Assembly: GCA_034408725.1 (NCBI GenBank)
Contig: JAWXCN010000165.1
Coordinates: 1-30,120, forward strand
Direction: 5' to 3'
Origin: Candidatus Hydrogenedentota bacterium
GTDB lineage: Bacteria > Hydrogenedentota > Hydrogenedentia > Hydrogenedentales > SLHB01
Length of the DNA: 30,120 bases
The position numbers and the translations under genes are program-made. The notes under the pieces were generated by a model, which saw only the letters and a program-made list of their open reading frames with translations, did not search any database and was not told the origin of the DNA. Positions 27,301 to 30,120 of this stretch are shown here, one piece after another (positions within the stretch are counted from its first letter, which is position 1; each line of letters begins with the position of its first letter).

Positions 27301-27800
27301 TATCCGAATGAATGTGAATAGCCGATGCCGATATTGGGCACGGCGTAGTTGCCTTGCGCGTCGGTTTCGGTCGCGGGCAAACAACCGTCGACAGAGACCA
27401 GCACGCCCGCGATGGGTTCACCATGTTCGTCGGTTACAGTTCCGGACACCGTTCTGCCGAGACCAACGGTGACGGCGCCGAAGGTGACGCCATCCTTATT
27501 GTCGTTAATACGGAACCAGCCGCCGAGTTTGCCGTGAATGACGCGCGCAAGGAATTGGCCGGCCATTTTATCGTGAAACAAAACATGGCCTTGCGCGTCG
27601 GTAGCGCCTTGTTCGTCCGGTTGAAGCGGTGTGGCGCGCGGGCCGTCATACCAACTCACGCAATGCACCGTCGCGCCGGAAACTGGTTCGCCGGATTCGT
27701 CGAGTACCGCGACATCCACATCGACGTTAGCGAGTGGGTATTGCGCGAAGGCAGCGATTGTGCCAAAACCAAGGATGCATAGCGCGCGGAGTATCTTCAT
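24351..27800 (-). CDS. Secreted carboxypeptidase-regulatory-like repeat protein with a C-terminal HEAT/PBS-like domain
   Basis: Signal peptide, repeated G.V.D..G.P..GV / TD..G.F units, and C-terminal ELGDTAAVPILREA..ARQAAIEALGRIG. Confidence 0.85.
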   Translation of the reverse strand: MKILRALCILGFGTIAAFAQYPLANVDVDVAVLDESGEPVSGATVHCVSWYDGPRATPLQPDEQGATDAQGHVLFHDKMAGQFLARVIHGKLGGWFRINDNKDGVTFGAVTVGLGRTVSGTVTDEHGEPIAGVLVSVDGCLPATETDAQGNYAVPNIGIGYSHSFGYYKEGYAWVSENPRDDMKSVDITLKKGVDIEGVVIGPNGKPVANAIIYGANRNDPVRTDSDGKFQLFGIPIDTDLHLRANYYEQEPYFSGEAKLHIGDTVPPLVTIATAEHVPVPRETRTITGTVVRADTGKPVTARMFMGDSKHEAMSNPGATDQQGVFLIDNNVRGIHYISALPINPTLYVIGEPFEVDASQGSVAGVVLKVGDGCAIRGRAVTEDGKPVAKQYVQVTPRSQFLPQIHTRDDGRFSIPNLEAIGVPHTITISDQLRRPRSVKVGPLKKGELREGVEIVFPAPVEPHILRGTVKNPAGEPLANVKVFLSHEDASGKAHINNPVTDDAGQFEVEVVESGRVKLSASTSVYVNRDGGRYDTQQFFRVVGNDAFDLDATKDSEIAVVLEKQGMGVLQGRIIDETGKGINAQLQIVHGDEKIEHGRCDEAGYFAFHRTPEPPFIIEITKPEYQARIVAIDKATVDPETPLAITLKRGPFAIGESVWTAITGQPATGAAVEAMPLSTYVRKNEAKYYNEAKPRPAPPVNTPRPQQFFTPRVRFLDAKGTPVTQIIVQSLQSHISAQKALYAPIDSYSPKSMSNEEGIYNFIGDPVPLGYGWVAWAEGMGRVARQYVVPSQEPDAVIDIEMRPAATIELNVSDADGKPAGGVPICTANLAWDNYDNTEPSKIGVTDLDGGLVFEQLPSGAHAFSIGTFGRDLRLVTMTIEDGETKKLTTQLSTNPDDFAWLLQTWRNTIERGPILPDTIKSRISEMRAKEKLAAYVRDQINLVGGYTQDWNFRERELSLLASLAAELGDTAAVPILREAITTRADDTRNFSTPSNTGVGAMAHALVQLEGEAAIEFFEKVATDMKLDAAARQAAIEALGRIGTEASAEAFARIRDNARALPGAPAAKVSYTHAERIRETIEIVNLIITNAPNHPHTAPGSNINFGATISEDYKSADVWASFPYGGTNYKMVRIGDEWLIQEFGGTVMA

Positions 27801-28519
27801 GGTTGCGATTCGTTCCCGCGTTCGATGTCTAGAATACGTTGCATCGGCTCATTCGCGCGTTGCTGCGTGGCGTAATTCGCAAGCAGGTCCGCAATGAGTT
27901 TTCTTTCGGCGTCTTCGCTAGCAGATTTCATTATCGCGCGCAGCCGCGCCACGCGAGTTTCCGCCTGAGTATCATCGGATAAGCCAAACGCGAAGACAGT
28001 AAGCAACATCCTTCGGGCGGGTGCGGACGCCGAGGGAAATGCTTCTTCAAACAGTTTTTCAAATTCCTGGGGGGCAACGCGCCGCAGCCGATGCAATGCG
28101 ATTTGCAACACATTGCCGTCCGGTCCGTTTTCGTCCGGGGTGTTAAGCGCTTCTTTTGCTCTCTCGGCGAAGTATGAAGCAGTTTCGGGAGACCCGTTTT
28201 CCTGTATGAGAAGATCGATGGTGGGCCGGAATTCCTTCCAGGCGGGGTCTTCGCCACGTTTCTTCAATACGCCAAAGGCTTCGGGTCCCCATGACGAGAT
28301 GAGCTTTTTTATGTCCTCGGCGGGCGCGCTTTCGTAGCCGGAGGAACCGTATACGATTTGATATTCAATTGGAGGATCAAACCCCGGCGTAACGCGCGTC
28401 TCCCATCCAATAGGCGCAACGCGTTGCATGGGCGCCGGCGGCGACAACGACAAGGCGGGAGACAACACTGTCGCCAAGGCGCACGCACACAGGATAACTC
28501 GCACAACATTCCGTCGCAT
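27797..28519 (-). CDS. Secreted hypothetical helical protein (240 aa)
   Basis: GGAG SD before ATG 28519. Signal peptide MRRNVVRVILCACALATVLSPA. ATGA overlap with the downstream gene. Confidence 0.7.
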   Translation of the reverse strand: MRRNVVRVILCACALATVLSPALSLSPPAPMQRVAPIGWETRVTPGFDPPIEYQIVYGSSGYESAPAEDIKKLISSWGPEAFGVLKKRGEDPAWKEFRPTIDLLIQENGSPETASYFAERAKEALNTPDENGPDGNVLQIALHRLRRVAPQEFEKLFEEAFPSASAPARRMLLTVFAFGLSDDTQAETRVARLRAIMKSASEDAERKLIADLLANYATQQRANEPMQRILDIERGNESQP

Positions 28520-28617
28520 AGCGGTTTCTCCACTTACGATTAGATGCCCAGAGCAGTATACAAGTTGCATCGGATGGGCGGGTATGGAATGCGCAATCGG
28601 CAAGAATCGTAGAGGGT

Positions 28618-28947
28618 CTATTCCGTGAACATTTCTGCGAGGGCATCGAGAACGCGGCGTTGCGTATCTGGCGCGATGGTCCCAAGTTTACGGATCAACC
28701 GTGACTTGTCAATAGTTCGGAGTTGGTCCAGCGCGACGCGACCGGAGGTGTTTTTGAATCGGCATGGGATTCGCGTTGGATAATTACGGGGAGCCGTTGT
28801 CATGGGAGCAACTATTATCGTGGCAAGATGTTTGTTCATCTCATCGGGTGAAACGATAAGACACGGGCGGCTCTTGTTAATTTCGGAACCGATAGTTGGC
28901 TCGAGCGCAATCAGGAAAACGTCAAACCTCCGGACTACCACGTCCAT
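28618..28947 (-). CDS. mazF: PemK/MazF family toxin (endoribonuclease)
   Basis: LEPTIGSEINKSRPCLIVS, IIVAPMTT and DQLRTIDKSRL. Confidence 0.92.
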   Translation of the reverse strand: MDVVVRRFDVFLIALEPTIGSEINKSRPCLIVSPDEMNKHLATIIVAPMTTAPRNYPTRIPCRFKNTSGRVALDQLRTIDKSRLIRKLGTIAPDTQRRVLDALAEMFTE

Positions 28948-29204
28948 TCGACGTCGTCCCAGGAAGAGAGGGTATGATCGCCGCCGATGAGTTTATCGTC
29001 GCCTTTCGACGCCATCTTCTTAAATTGCTCATCCCATCCCTGTCGGACGCGCGTCAACGGTTGCATGACGAGCTTGCCGGCTTCAACGGACATGAGAACT
29101 TCTTCCTGTTCACCCAGCGCAAGAGATTCGAGAATCGGCTTTGGGATGCGCACCCCGCACGAATTGCCAATTTTAACAATTCTACCTCGGATTTCGCCGG
29201 GCAT
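28935..29204 (-). CDS. mazE: AbrB/MazE family antitoxin
   Basis: IVKIGNSCGVRIPK and acidic C-terminus WDDVEWTW. Overlaps the toxin gene by 13 nt. Confidence 0.92.
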   Translation of the reverse strand: MPGEIRGRIVKIGNSCGVRIPKPILESLALGEQEEVLMSVEAGKLVMQPLTRVRQGWDEQFKKMASKGDDKLIGGDHTLSSWDDVEWTW

Positions 29205-29221
29205 CTGATTTCTCCCAATTT

Positions 29222-29261
29222 ATTGTAGCCACATTGTATACACGTTCGCGCGCGCGGTCAA
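29222..29261 (-). promoter_or_regulatory. mazEF promoter/operator
   Basis: The minus strand reads TTGACC-N17-TACAAT, with a second TACAAT 11 nt downstream. Confidence 0.7.
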
Positions 29262-29291
29262 CACCGGCGACCCGCAGATAGAAAACCTCGG

Positions 29292-30120
29292 CTACACAAA
29301 CTGGCTCACAACCGCCAACCCGGTGGCGACGGACGTGAAAGTGTCGCGTTCCATCAGTTTTTCCTGGCCGAAGCGGTCCGCGAGAAGGTTTCGCACGGCG
29401 GGAATGAGGCTGGTTCCGCCGGTGGTGAGAACGTAATCGATTTCGGAAGATTTGACCTGGGCGACCCTTTCGGCTTCGTCGATGCTTGCGAACATGTCTT
29501 CGAGGGTGGGTTCGATGATGTGGGTGAATTCCGCCCTATCGATGGTTTCCGAGATGTGCAGGGCATCCTTATGGATTTCCAGGTACGCTTCCATTTCGTA
29601 GGAAAGCTCTTTTTTTGCCGCTTCCACTTTACGCACGAGGGGATACCCGAAGTTTCGCTGGATGAGCGTACGCAACGCGCGAATTTCCGTTGGCTGGGTA
29701 GAGCTCACTTCAGTCGCGATCAGCCAGTTAATCGTTTCTTCCGTGTTGAGCTTGTAGAGGTTTTGCCAGTCGATGATGGCGTTGTAGACATACATCGGCA
29801 TGGGCAGTTGCGACGGACCGTACCGCGACCGGCTCCCCAGCCACGGAAACACCTTCGCGCGGATGATTTCCTTGTCGATGGCATCGCCCGCGATTGGCAC
29901 GCCAGCGACGCCGAGAATCTTGCTCTCCGCGAGCCGTTCGCGCGCGCCGTAGCCGCCGCCGAATTCCATGATGCAAATGTCGCAGGTGCCGCCGCCGATG
30001 TCTACGACCATCAGGCGTTGCCGGCGATCCGTGAGCACTGCATATTCCACGCACGCCGCTACCGGCTCGTAGAAAAAGGTGACCTCCTTAAATCCCACAA
30101 GCGCCGCGGCGCGCCGTAAC
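29292..30120 (-). CDS. Hsp70-family protein (YegD-like), 5'-truncated by the window
   Basis: EPVAA, VVDIGGGTCD, VEAAKKELS, TGGTSLIP and FTSVATGL. The frame stays open to the window edge. Confidence 0.88.
   Translation of the reverse strand, partial: LRRAAALVGFKEVTFFYEPVAACVEYAVLTDRRQRLMVVDIGGGTCDICIMEFGGGYGARERLAESKILGVAGVPIAGDAIDKEIIRAKVFPWLGSRSRYGPSQLPMPMYVYNAIIDWQNLYKLNTEETINWLIATEVSSTQPTEIRALRTLIQRNFGYPLVRKVEAAKKELSYEMEAYLEIHKDALHISETIDRAEFTHIIEPTLEDMFASIDEAERVAQVKSSEIDYVLTTGGTSLIPAVRNLLADRFGQEKLMERDTFTSVATGLAVVSQFV

Overview
A GC-rich (about 60% by eye) bacterial chromosomal segment. Ca. Hydrogenedentota or a Planctomycetota-like lineage is inferred from gene content only (DUF1501, 'GCP' lipoprotein, CarboxypepD_reg-repeat proteins). 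Left part (1-8.8 kb): a small secreted Gly/Ala-rich protein with a strong promoter and a long structured leader, a sulfatase-like enzyme, two divergent GT-C-type glycosyltransferases, a lipoprotein and a DUF3810-like zincin. Middle part (9-17.2 kb): DUF1501, a low-GC single-gene insert (SeqA-N/RHH-like plus PUA/EVE-like domain), sucCD, a GGCT-family gene, clpP and an ECF sigma/anti-sigma/DUF4097 operon. Right part (17.2-29.3 kb): a variable region with two large CarboxypepD_reg-repeat proteins and their secreted partners, alpha/beta hydrolases and mazEF, ending in a partial YegD-like Hsp70. Main unexplained structures: (1) three copies of the ECF sigma promoter/leader, one fused at the ATG of a hydrolase and one heading a sigma-5'/hydrolase-3' chimeric scar; (2) several REP-like repeat families, one read in frame inside DUF1501, supplying another gene's stop codon, and bracketing a 16-bp tandem array; (3) two homopolymer frameshifts. 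No tRNA, rRNA, CRISPR array, integrase or transposase was recognised. All family assignments are by-eye motif recognition, not database results.
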